64,000 nt of DNA, taken from Eutreptiella sp. 'Long Island Sound 2002' (lineage: Eukaryota > Protista > Euglenida). The DNA lies in contig OZ038379.1 of the NCBI GenBank assembly GCA_964036045.1, positions 5,704,001 through 5,768,000 on the forward strand. The letters are read 5' to 3'. Numbering within the stretch: position 1 is the first letter of the stretch; each line of letters begins with the position of its first letter. Below, piece after piece: positions 49,612 through 61,110 of the stretch. The position numbers and the translations under genes are program-made. The notes under the pieces were generated by a model, which worked only from the letters and a program-made list of their open reading frames with translations, ran no database searches and had not been told where the DNA came from.

Positions 49612-50361
49612 ATGGGCACCTGTTGCAGCTTCCATCCAGAGGTAGAGTCCTCTGACCCTGCGATTGTGAAGGTCATTCCGATTTGCCCAGATCAGGACGA
49701 GGACAAGCTGATACTCCCTGATACGGATTCAGTCCCAAGGCTGTTCTCCCCATCGCTGCACATGGCCTTCTTTAATTTCAATTTCACGAAAGCGACGGAT
49801 TGTCAGTGCCCCAGAAATCTGAAAGCCCAAACGGAGTCGGAGCTGACCCAAATTGCTCTCGTTGCTGCGCTCTTTTTGACCGTGTTCATCACGTTTTTGG
49901 TTGAGCTAAGTAATTTGAAAGATCACGAGAACAAAGCTTTGCTCTTTGTGCTCGCTCTTGCAACTCTGGTAAGTCTTGTGTGTCTGAGTGAGAGCGTCAT
50001 AGTCTCGATTTATTTTCTCCTGATGCTCAACGAGCTCAGTAGCATGGACCAGCTGGTTTGCTGGCTTAAGGGCATGGGATGGAGGGCCACTCTACCTGCA
50101 CGTCTGTTTATGGGTGGCACTTCTGCGGGCATTGTGGGAATACTCAGCTACCTCTTCCTGTCTCTGAATCTCACCTGTGCTATAATAATTACGGCGCTTT
50201 GCGGTTGTTGCATTATATTTGTGCACTTGAATTTGTGCGTGATTCTGCAACAGTTCCATGTTGCCAATTACATGGTTCGCCATGGCTGGCGCCTGAAATC
50301 CACCCCAGAGTTCCGCAAACTAAACGCTGAGAGCTGTGACAAGATGCAAAGCAGCTCTTGA
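49612..50361 (+). CDS. Intronless 249-aa four-transmembrane protein with a predicted N-myristoylation/palmitoylation N-terminus; possible remote Orai/PGG-like fold
   Basis: 750-nt ORF in otherwise stop-rich DNA. Pyrimidine-tract AGs at 49591 and 49609 just before CCATGG. Four hydrophobic segments and an MGTCCS start. Confidence 0.75.
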   Translation: MGTCCSFHPEVESSDPAIVKVIPICPDQDEDKLILPDTDSVPRLFSPSLHMAFFNFNFTKATDCQCPRNLKAQTESELTQIALVAALFLTVFITFLVELSNLKDHENKALLFVLALATLVSLVCLSESVIVSIYFLLMLNELSSMDQLVCWLKGMGWRATLPARLFMGGTSAGIVGILSYLFLSLNLTCAIIITALCGCCIIFVHLNLCVILQQFHVANYMVRHGWRLKSTPEFRKLNAESCDKMQSSS

Positions 50362-50488
50362 ACCCGCACGCTATTGTCTCATCCTTTTTCTTCAATGTGT
50401 TGCGATCGGTCATTGGCGGCATGTGATCTACTTTGTAGGCGCAAATATACCCGCAGTGATGACCCCAGTCATGACCAGGAATTGACAT

Positions 50489-50489
<1 letters not shown>

Positions 50490-50527
<38 letters not shown>
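50490..50527 (+). repeat. (GT)n microsatellite
   Basis: Seen directly. Confidence 0.9.
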
Positions 50528-50528
<1 letters not shown>

Positions 50529-53331
50529 ATGGGTGGGTGGGTGGGTGAGGCTTCAGTGCCCCTGTTTTGGACAGGGTGTTCACTGGCATGGAGCCCCAAG
50601 TCCACGGAGCCTCCGAAGCCCTGCAGGTCAGCTTGTATTTCTGTCCGCTGCGCCCTCAGATTGTGTCACAACTCTGTGGCGTCTGTGTGGTGCTGGACAC
50701 ACCCTCAAGCCAACCTAACCAAACCTCACACGTACAAGGCCCTCACATTTCTCCCTCCCCGGGCCTTCTCAGGTTGTCCCCAGCTGTTGTGTGTCTCCTG
50801 CCGTCCTGCTATGCTGTTGTATGCACTGTGGTTCCTTCAGCTCCGTACGATGAGCTCCGTTTCATTCGTAAGGCAATAGGTCTCCTTGACAAGCCTTCTA
50901 CAGCGCGTTGGTCTGCTCTCCATATCTCAGCCCAGGCAGTGCTCATCAATATGGTACAATGTACCAACAGGCCGAAGGAACCAAATAGATGAGATCTAAA
51001 TGTGTGGTGGAGAATCACTGCGGGCTGGCACTGCCCAGAGCAATGCACAAGATGCAGACACACATGACGCCGTCTGTTTTCTGCGTGCTTGTACTGGTGC
51101 ACAAAAAATGCAGTTATTGGTAGTCAAGTGAGCATGTACTTGGTATGTCACTGACCTGCGCAGCGTGTTTGGGTTGAAACTGTCTTGCCACGCCCAGAAG
51201 GCAAGCAATACCATGACCCCCCCCCCCCCGCCCCTCCCCCTCCGATCACCTGTCCAGCAAACTCAATCAACTGTCTGGACCACACCTTTTGGAACCGTGT
51301 TTTGCATTGCAGGTCGATGGAGCAACGCAGCGTGTGTGAGATCTGTTGGTGTCATCCAAAGGCTCCACGTTTGCGTTTCTCTGTCACTGCAGTGACCGTG
51401 TCCATTTGGGGCAGTGTGTGGGTTTGGGATGCGGATGTTCAATATGACGCACCGTGCGTGCAGTGCGCAGTATGCCCACCGAAGAGTTGTCCGACGAATG
51501 CAACAGCGCTCTTGGGCCCTTGCCAAGGACCAAGCATTTTGGGGTTTGTTGGACCAGGACTAGGGCAGGGCATGTTGAGTCTAGATGCTGGTTTACTACT
51601 TGGGACTGGGTACTATGTGGCAATGCTCGGTAAGGCCATTGCTGCCCTTATGCGGCGATCTGACCACCCAGCAATCCAACCAGAAATTATCCAAAAACGT
51701 GCCCACTGTGCATGCACCGTGCATCCGTTCCCCTCTTTTGCTGAGCTTGCCTTGGCCCCTGCAAAAAAGTCAGACTGAACCTTTACAGCCATGGTGGCGA
51801 CATTGAAGGCGGTGCCGCATGCCCCTTGCCGTGGGGTGGAATCCTGGGGACTTGGTGCACAGTTGCCTGGCACAAAATATCAGAGGTACCTTTTGCTGGC
51901 GCAATCATTGCGGCGTATGCTGTGGAAACGTTCGGCTCTCACTCCTGGCCACATGCATTTCCGGCAGGTCCTTCTGGTGCACAACTGGAATTGAACCCAT
52001 GACCTCTGCAAGACACCAGTCGCATATCACCTGACGCTCGGCATCAGCCCCAGTGGGTAAAATCCTATGTTAGCACTGGCCATTGTGAAGACATAGACGG
52101 CCCTATTCTCGTCTCAGTGGCCAGAGGTGCGGTCTCTTTATCCTCGAATGGGTTTCATTCGAAAGCAGCTGCTATTATATCCTTTGAACCACAACCTGTC
52201 AATTACCAAGGCGAGGAGTCTTTTGTGTCTGGACTGTGCTGCCGATGATTTCATTCTCAGCAAAGATTTTGTTTGTTCCCATTGTGCCTCTTGCCAAGGC
52301 ATGGGTGCAGGGCTTGATGGTGATGTATGACAGAACTTGAGGGGGGGGAGGCAGAGGTTTGCATGGGGCCTGAGTTGGAGACCTTGGCAACACCGCTCCA
52401 CCCAGCGACATCACTAATCAGGGGCGAAACCACAAGGGAAAAGGTAGCGAAGTGTCGCACCGGCTAAGGGGTGACGCACAGGCAGACTTTGTGCAGCCTT
52501 AGTCAAGGCCGGGGGAGGCATTAGTGTGAGCAGCGCCGGAGGCCCCCCGCCCTTGGCAAAAAAAAAAACAAGCCCTGATGGGCACCGTGGATGGGATGGG
52601 CCTTCTAAAGTATGTGCAGCCAAGAAGATGCGAGCAAAGCTGTGTCTTCAGGTATCTCTAAAAAAGGATCAATTCATTGCACAGTGGCCTTGAGGCAACA
52701 ACATTTAACTGACATGATTGTCCACCCTACACAATTGTGATGCACCCCACCAACAAAGTAAGCAAGCATACTGCACACCATGCGCAGCGATTATGCACCC
52801 TACTCACATCATTTTGAGCGTACAGATTACGCACTGTCCTGCGCAAGCAGTGCACACAGCGGTGTGCACAGCACATGTAGGACACCCACCTCCATCTGTG
52901 GGCATTGGGTCCAATAGGGGTTTTCCAACCATATTTGGGTTGCACTAGTTCATGCATGCACGAGAATGTTCACAAAAATTTTGGATTTTCTTAAAGTTCT
53001 GTGGTTTTTATCCCACAAAGTGCGCGTTGTGTGCACACCTGGTAGTTCACAGTGGATTGCTGCCTAGTGGATTGCTGCCTGTGAGCGGCAAGATGGTTGA
53101 CGTGGACATTTGATCCAAAAAATCTTAATTAATCATAGTTGTCAAGGTCAAGACCGTGGCATTGCCATGTTTCCGCTCCCCACTGGGGCCTACTATGGAC
53201 TGGTGGAGTACCAAAAAAAAATTAATCATAGTTGTCAAGGTCAAAAATTACCAATCTGGCGATTATCAAGGTTTTTTCATCCGCTTGTGTTTGCAGAATA
53301 AATCAATCATGGAAAGTTCGGTGAACCTATA

Positions 53332-54018
53332 GGGGGTGCCTCAAGCGCAGTGTGCACATAGTGCAACTATTTGGGCGCTTGGCCGTAGTAGAAACCCATA
53401 CTTTGTGGTACTAGGGGCATCATTATTGTTTGATAACACAAAATTTGGTGCTTCTTTTGCATCCGATATGGCATTTTTGGGTTTTCACCCATTCCCCCCC
53501 CGTTTTTCACCTATTTTCGCTCGCCGCATGTTCTACTTTCTAGGTTGATTTCTCCCCACTATGGCAGCCCTCAATGTGGGCACTTTGCATCAGCCTCTAT
53601 TGATTTGCATCTTGTGTTTGATGCAATTGTCAAGGTAAAGATCAACATGCCGATGACAAGCGTGCAAAATAAAGATCAACCATTAGACAAAGGGCAGCTC
53701 GATAATCTGAGGATGCACGGTGGGCAAATGTGCATCGTGGTGTTGTTGCCTAGATTCGATGGGTAGAAAGACTTTCCTTTGTCCCTCGTGACATTGGTGG
53801 GTGTTCTTCTTTGGGATCCTAAAGGGTTTCAAATATTCAGGGGACATTATTTCATGGCATCTGATGGGAAGGGAAGGTAGTTCGCAACCGTCTTAAGCTA
53901 GGGTAGCTGGGGTGGCCTAATTTTGAGGGTGTTTGGAAGGGGTCAGTATGGGGGTTCTTCACAAGGGAATCTAGTCTAAAAGTAGCATGCAGCGCGCGCG
54001 ACATGCAAGGATTCCCCC
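53332..54018. mobile_element. Family C MITE, copy 3
   Basis: GGGGGTGCCT...AAGGATTCCCCC termini with a perfect ATA TSD (53329-31, 54019-21). Confidence 0.82.
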
Positions 54019-55636
54019 ATAGCATCCACCCACAAGGCCTCTCTTGGCTGCTAACAGACTTTCTTGGGGTACCACAGATCTCACATATTTTTAGTAATCC
54101 TTTTAGTTACCGGTTTCTAGATGGAAAAACAAGCATGGCTATCGCCCTTTGTGACACATACACTTTTGCATACCCTGCCCATCCCCTTTGTGAGAGCAAC
54201 ACCACGGGGGGGCCGTCTCCTGAGTTCGGGTACGCCCCCCCCCTGCCCCTCCCCCCCCCCCTCCCTGCCCTCCGGGCCCACTTAGTTACCAAGGGTCAAC
54301 AACTGCCGGCCGTACATATGCTGGCGCCGAAGGTGCCCGGAAATTTTTTCCCTTGCCCACGTAGCACCCCTCCCCGCCCAGGCGGTGGAGCATCCCAACA
54401 CTATCCTTGAACCCAACCTTGACTGTAACGCCATTCCAACTCTCAGCCTACTCCTAACCCCACACCTAACCCTAATCAAGACTGAATATTGGGACAGAGC
54501 TGGTGGGGGACGGAACATCTGCTATGACTGGTGAGGGACATCTAGAATGATTCACACATTGATGGCTCTTGACAAAGTGAAATCAGCTTGCAAGAGAACC
54601 CCATCACCACGAGGCCCACTTTCAAAGCTTTTTGGACTTCCGAGGGGCCAAAATGCCCCAAAATGGGCTCAAAATGGCTCATTTCACCCGTTTGTGCACC
54701 CCAAATGGTCTAGGATGAGGTTTGGAAAAATGCGTTTTTGACCCATTTTTGACCCATTTTTGGTCCCAAAACAGCCCATTTTCAAGGCATTTTGGGATTT
54801 TCGGAGGACCAAAATGGGCCACCACAAGCTCAAAACCGTCCAAAACACTTGTTTTAGCGTCGCACATGGTCTAGGATCATTTTTGAGAAAAGTCATCTTT
54901 TTGCCCCTACTGGACCCTGTTGACCCATTTGGGCACCCACCTGTTTGGGCTTGAGCTTGCAGCTTGCCGCAGCCTACCGGGCCTAGGTACGGGGGTCTAG
55001 GCGTCCGTTTGGGCAATTCTGAGGGGTGGAAACCACAAAAAGTGGAGGGTTGCGGGTGGAGTAGGTGCCCTCGGAATCGCGTTTTGAGCCATATAGCCAA
55101 AGATATGGCCTGTTCTTGGTTTCTGGCTGTTGCCAGCCAGTCTACACAAAATTTGGGGCTTCTGGGGGCCTTTTTGGGCCGTTTCCGGGACATATCATGG
55201 AGTTAGAGGGCCGCAAAGAGCTCGTTGACATGGGAAAGTCAAGCCGCACATAGAGTGTACCCACCCTTTCCCTTCGTTTGGCCGTTTTGAATGGGTTCTA
55301 GGGCTGTTTTGGCCCAAAAATGGCTGTTTTTGGCCCTAAATTGCAGTTTTTGAAACTGAGGTCCGCCACTTGCGACACCTCTTCCCGGCCGCCACCGTTG
55401 AGTTTCTTGCTCAAACTTTGTGTGGTTGTCCCTCACACCCATAGGTATCATCCACCAAAATTTCAACCAAATCCGAAGCACCATGACGGAATTCTGATTT
55501 TTAGCCATTTCGCGCGTGCTGCTGCTTGCTTGCTTGCTGCTTGCTGCTTGCTTGCTTGCTTGCTGCTAAACCTGGTAGGTCCACCCTAGACACTAAAAAG
55601 GGTTATAAAACCAAGACTGGTTCCACCAGCTCGGTG

Positions 55637-55692
55637 ACCCTAACCCTAGCCCTAACCCTAGCCCTAGCTCTCACCCTAGGCTAGGGTTAGAG
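55637..55692. repeat. Degenerate interstitial telomere-like repeats (CCCTAA/CCCTAG, then TAGGGTTAG)
   Basis: ACCCTAACCCTAGCCCTAACCCTAGCCCTAGCTCTCACCCTAG-G-CTAGGGTTAGAG. More GGTTAG-like units at about 55812-55850. Confidence 0.7.
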
Positions 55693-57600
55693 TGAGTATT
55701 GGGGTCCAAAATGGAGAGCAATGATGTGGCAAAAGCAGCCATGAATGGAATTTGGTGGATGATGTTCAGCCCAATCAACATGGCTGGCATGACCAAACCA
55801 GGTTGCTGCAAAGGTTAGGGTTAGGTTATGGTGATGGTATGGTTAGAGGGAGGGCAAGGGGAGGTAAGTGGAGCCTCCCCCCCCCCCCCCCCGAACTAAC
55901 CACCAAGGCCTTGTGCCACCCCCCCCCCCCCCACCCCAAATTGCCCCACCTGGACCCCCCCCCCCACCGACCCTCCCGACTCCCCCCCCCTCATCACCCC
56001 TCCCTGAACCTCCCCCCCCCTCCAATGCCCCCCCCCCCCCCCCCCCCCCCCCAAGGGGCCTTCGGCCCACTTCTACTGGGGGGGGAGTCACGTACAAAAG
56101 CGAGGAGACGGCCCCCCCGTGAGCAACACCCTTGCCAGCACAACATGACATGTCGTTTCCGCAACTTGTGGAATGGTGGAATTTGGCGGTTGCATTTGCG
56201 GGTGGTCTATGAGGTAGGGACGTAAGCTCACCGATTTTTCGGTGAGTTCGGTGAGCTCCCATTTTGCCTGTTTTGCAGTCGGAGAGTGGTGGTGCCTGGG
56301 TTTTCATTAACAGTGTAGTGGGAAGAGGATTTGTCGTGCGTGTTTTGTAGTGCTGTGTTTTTTCGATGGTGGCTGAGGTTGTGTTTAGCCCAGGCTCAGA
56401 AATGTCCTTTGCGTGAAATGCCCTTTGTCTTTAGAGGCCGCCCCCATGCGACGTGCGTTGTCCCGAGCTGCATGTGTTCGGTCGGATTATGGCATTGAAC
56501 TTGGCCAAGATTCGCTGGCTGTGGGTTGCATACGGCTGTTCACAAGGTGCGTTGCTCATCGCACGCAGTGCTACAGGGATTGCAAAAGCATGATGCCCTT
56601 GTCTCATCCACACGCCACTGACATTGCAGAAGCAAGCGGCTTTGCCACCGCTTGCTATGTATCCTCGACTTCCGAGTTCGATTCCTGGCGAGGGAGCACC
56701 CATTGTATCAGGGTGAACCGGTGGCACACTTGGACCAGGCCATTACTGACCCCCGTAGTTGTGGCCTGCCCAGGATTCAATCCCGAGACCTTATCTACAG
56801 GAGCGGGTTGCTGGAAACCTGAGCTGCTGCTGGGCCCGAGTGAAGAGTCTCCAGATATTGTCATGTTGGGAGTCTGGGGTGTTCTCGGTGATTGCAGTGT
56901 CTCTTTAGGTTTCATGTTGTGCGCAAGTATGTATTTTTTAAGGGCCCTGTTCCCAGGCCTTGGGCAAAGAGGGAGGCAGAAATGTTGGTACCCCACCCCC
57001 CTTGCCTTAGCTACGGTCTTGTCTGAGCTACAGCGGGCGTAGGGACCGCATTAATTTGGGACCTAATTTAATTCGGTACCAAATGTAGTGCAGCCACATA
57101 AGACATGGGTTTGGTGATGAATTGCCAGTTACATAGAGTCATCGACACAGTTGTTGTGAGCGTTTCCCAGTTGAAGCCACGTAGCTCTGATTTTGGGGAT
57201 ATTTGTGCATGGTATTCGCCTTTCTTGCACCAGCACGTGTGTGTTGGAGTTGTATGTGGTACGCACAAGCTGCATAGGGACCGTATAAATTTGGAACTTT
57301 TCCGTAGCTTAGACAAGGGGGGGTGGTGGGGTACAAGAGAGGGAGTGTGGGAACATAAGCGCTCAGTTTCAGGGGTCAACATTGGCGTGGGAAGAACTTT
57401 GGTAAGGCTCTACAGATCTCTTGTTTTTGTGCACCTTCACCCCGGGGGGGGGGCGGCCGGGCCCGGTCCTTGTATGCGACACCCCCCAGCCCCCCCCCCC
57501 CCCCCCAAGTTTTGACATATAGATGAGGGGGGGTGTCGCATCGGGACCAGTTGTAGTCGCCCCCCCGGGACCTTCACACTGGTGAGATTGTCCCGCTCAG

Positions 57601-57703
57601 ACACAAACCCGTTTTTACCCCGCCTGCTGCCTCACCAGCCATTACAACAGGCAGTGCCCTCGGCACTGCCAGCAACCCCCTTTGATGAGGCTCTGCAGGA
57701 GAA
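57601..57703 (+). CDS. Tentative upstream exon of the DnaJ gene
   Basis: GCTCAG acceptor, TNPFLPRLLPHQPLQQAVPSALPATPFDEALQE(K), AA|GTCCTA (phase 2) fits the next exon. The donor is weak. Confidence 0.35.
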
Positions 57704-57777
57704 GTCCTAGTAGTTGCAGATTCACCTTGCGGATACGACCACCACGGGTCAAACTGCAATGTCCGGCGCATGCACAG

Positions 57778-57899
57778 GGGGATGAACAACGATCCGTTCG
57801 CCATTTTGGGTGCCCACCGCTCCATGACCAAAGAGCAGCTCAAACAGACGTATCTCACGATGGCCAAGACACACCATCCGGACGCAGGCGGTGATGAAG
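57778..57899 (+). CDS. J-domain (DnaJ/Hsp40-type) protein, exon encoding helices I-II and HPD
   Basis: MNNDPFAILGAHRSMTKEQLKQTYLTMAKTHHPDAGGDE. Acceptor GCACAG, donor G|GTACTT (phase 1). Confidence 0.88.
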
Positions 57900-59021
57900 G
57901 TACTTTTGCCATCCCTTTCTGTACCCATGGACCCCCCCTCCCCCTCTCCCCCATGCCGGACTGAGGATCAGTGTATCTGGAACTGCTGAACATTGCTGCA
58001 TACGCATACCAGGATGTGCATGTGTGGAACGCCTTGTTGACCTGCATGCCCCCCCCCCTCCCACCTCCCCCACGGCTTTTTTTGCAGTTTGCCACATCCC
58101 CAAAACTCCCGAAGACGCGTTTCACTCAAGCTCTCTCTTTCCCAAGGCCCTGTTCTGGTATGACGGTGTGGGTACTACACCCTTGGGTGGTAACAACGTT
58201 CCAGAACACATGGAGGCGCATGTCCGTGTGGATGGAGGTCAGCCGCCCGCGTGGTGTCGATGGTGGCCCAGCTGCTGCCGGATCGTCTGTGCTAGACCGC
58301 GCCTGGGGCGTTGTTGACCACCAAAACAGAGGGGGCTGAGCAGGGGGAGGGGGGGGCGCTGTCACTTGCCCCAAAAAACAGCGGTGCCGAAGACAAGTTT
58401 TCCTCAGGTTACGATGGAGTTGTAGTAGAAAGGTGCGGTTTGGGTCCTGCTGCATGGGGGGGGGGGGGGCACGGCGAAATGATGGTGACCATTCCCCCCA
58501 GGGGCTGGGGGGACCGTCGCATGTTCTGGGGGTAGTCTCCACGGCGGCGGCGGGGGCACTGCTACCGACAGTGTGTGGGCCCACGGTTTGATCATGCCAT
58601 GGCATGCGTGGCATGCGTGTTTGTTATTTGGGGTTGAGGGGAATGCCGTGCACACAGTGCAAAGTTTTGCATGTCGGTAACTACCCGAACCCTAGTTTTG
58701 GCCCTTTTGAGGTTTGTTGTTCCATAACAGGGGATTTTAAGCTTCTTATGCATTCAGGATATGACATATTTGAATTATTATCCATTTTCACCTATTTTCA
58801 CCCATTTACCCATTTTCACCCACTTGCCATTGGGGTAGAATTGAGAAGAACGCAACAGCCTTCATCAGGACTCCCAAAAATTGAGCGGAGATGTGAGATG
58901 GACACAAGAGTTAGTGTGCTACCCAACTCCTACACAAATCACGCTCCTGCATTCAACCTGCATCACGTACTGTGACAGTATGTACAGTATGGGCGAAGGC
59001 TGGTGAGGGTTGGGTGAGGGC

Positions 59022-59082
59022 TGGGGTTAAGGACTCATACGCTTCGGCGTGGCCCCTCGAGTTGGGGTTAAGGACTCCCACG
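59022..59082 (+). repeat. Short dispersed relative of the terminal 48-bp minisatellite unit
   Basis: TGGGGTTAAGGACTC-ATACGCTTCGGCGTGGCCCCTCGAGTTGGGGTTAAGGACTC-CCACG. Confidence 0.85.
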
Positions 59083-59984
59083 TAGTATTCCTTGATTATG
59101 AAGTAGGTAATCATGATGGCGCTTACAAGGGCCGCTTGAGCAGTGCTGTACTTTGTATTGGGCGGAAGAGCTCAGGGACAAGACGGACAAGTTGACGGAA
59201 GCCCATTAAGAATATAATGTTATGCAGAGGTGAGCCTTGAGGAAACCTTTTCCGGTTTGTGTGGGGGGTGGGGGGGGGGGGTTCGGTGGGTGAGTGGGTG
59301 GAAGGTGGAAGCGGAGAGCTAGCCAGACATGCGGAATCGAATTCCGTTGAAGGTGAATCCACGCCAGGAACACAGCCAACTACCGATCGCCCTGACCTGT
59401 AGTATGCGCTCTTCTTGGAAAAGGGCCCGAGAACAGGGGACGGGCAGCGGTGACAATCCACAACCGACTGTCCGCAGGAAGGCGCCTGGTTGCGCCATAC
59501 TTTTGCTGGTACAGGCCTGACAAGGGAACCACTTAGACAGCGCCTTTGTGGACCCGTTTGTTGCCGGACGTGCGTGCGCGTGTGCGTGTGGGTCAGCCCT
59601 CGCCCCCCGGGCCCTTAGGAATCCGGAGCTTCCTGGCCCTGAGTTACATTCCCCTCCCACGTGGGATGTGGCGGTGACCCTCCAAACCTCACGGTCATGG
59701 GAAGGACTGAGTCTGAAGCACTGCCGGCGCCGGCTTGGGGGGGGGGGGGGCGGCACGGAGCAGAAGCGGCGCGTGTGAGCAGAGGGACAACGGTCGCACT
59801 CTCACCCACCGAAAGTACTGTTCCCCCCGTGGCTTGGGGCACGCAATGCAGTCGGATTCCTCTGGCAAACCCAAACCACTGCGTACACCCGGAAGTACCT
59901 ACCGGCGCACTGACTGAGCCTTTGTGGTACCCCCACCCCCCCATGGCCCCCTCACCGCTCCCACTGGCCCCCGTGCGTTTGCAG

Positions 59985-60173
59985 CGACCTTCAAAAGGAT
60001 CCAGTGGGCCTTCGAGCAGGTGCAGGACCACGTGCCCACGCCGCGGCGGCAGCAGGGCTCCTTCTATGCCTCCCAACGGCCGAGGGACCGCAGGGACGCG
60101 GAATATGAGCGGTACTCTGCGGCCGCGCGGCAGCGGGTGTGGCAGCACATGTCCCGGCGAACCACCAAAGCAG
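59985..60173 (+). CDS. J-domain protein, exon with helix III
   Basis: TTGCAG acceptor. In phase 1 it gives GGDE-ATFKRIQWAFEQV, completing the J domain. Donor G|GTGTGC. Confidence 0.85.
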
Positions 60174-61000
60174 GTGTGCGTGTTGGCGTGCCAGAGCGGT
60201 GCTGTGGGCCGGGGATGTGATGTGACGGGTGGCTACCGGCTGGGCTCCCCCCCCCCCCCCGCCCCCTATCCCTCTTCCCTGACCTGCGTGCACGCCCCTT
60301 CCCCAGTAGAGGCAGGGCCCGAACAGCCGATCGGCAAGGCCTAAAGGGCGTGAACCTGGCCGAGTGTTTGCATCACCACAGGCCCAACAGGCGACAGCTG
60401 CCCTGGTACACTGGAGAAGGGAGAAAGGGTCCTGGCTCCTAACCCGTTGACCTTCCGCACAGCGGACACAGAGGGCGCACTCTGGAACACTGAACTGAGA
60501 GCAATGAGGACCGTGGTGGCAGGCGCGGCTGGAGCTGATTGCGGTGAAGCAACCCTGACCTATTGGCCCCCCTCTTTCCCCTTTTGCACTGTGCCCTGAA
60601 CCCACCCAAGCCCAGGCCTGGGGCGCGTGCGACTGATACACACAGTTACGGCGGCATCTCCCCATCGCCAGCGCCTTGGTGAGGTCCAGGGATCGTCAGC
60701 AGTATTGGTGGCTGTGAGACCAGACAACCAAAGTGGAACCCAGTCGAGCCGGTGAGGTAAGGTCACACTGGCCATGGGACACCGCCTTTGGCACAAGCCG
60801 AGACCCAACCTTACCCAACCCCCCTTTTGCACAGTCCTCCCCCTTGCAGCGCCGGGCGGGGGGCACCTCTTGCCCCACAAGTCCACCTGGGCGGGACACT
60901 TTCCCTCTCACGGCACTCGCGCCGTCCCCCTCCTCTTCTGCCACCACCACCGCATGCGCCAGTGCAGGAGCATCAGGCAACCCTCCCTCCGTGTCTGCAG

Positions 61001-61110
61001 CCCCGGAAGAACCCGTGCGGAAGGCGAACTTCAAGCCCAAGGCGTGGTGGTACATCCAGACGTATGGGGCTGAGGGCACTTTTGAAGACTTTCTCAAGGA
61101 AGCGCAAAGG
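61001..61110 (+). CDS. J-domain protein, next exon (gene 3' end not located)
   Basis: CTGCAG acceptor, phase 1, APEEPVRKANFKPKAWWYIQTYGAEGTFEDFLKEAQR, donor AGG|GTCTGT. Confidence 0.7.
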
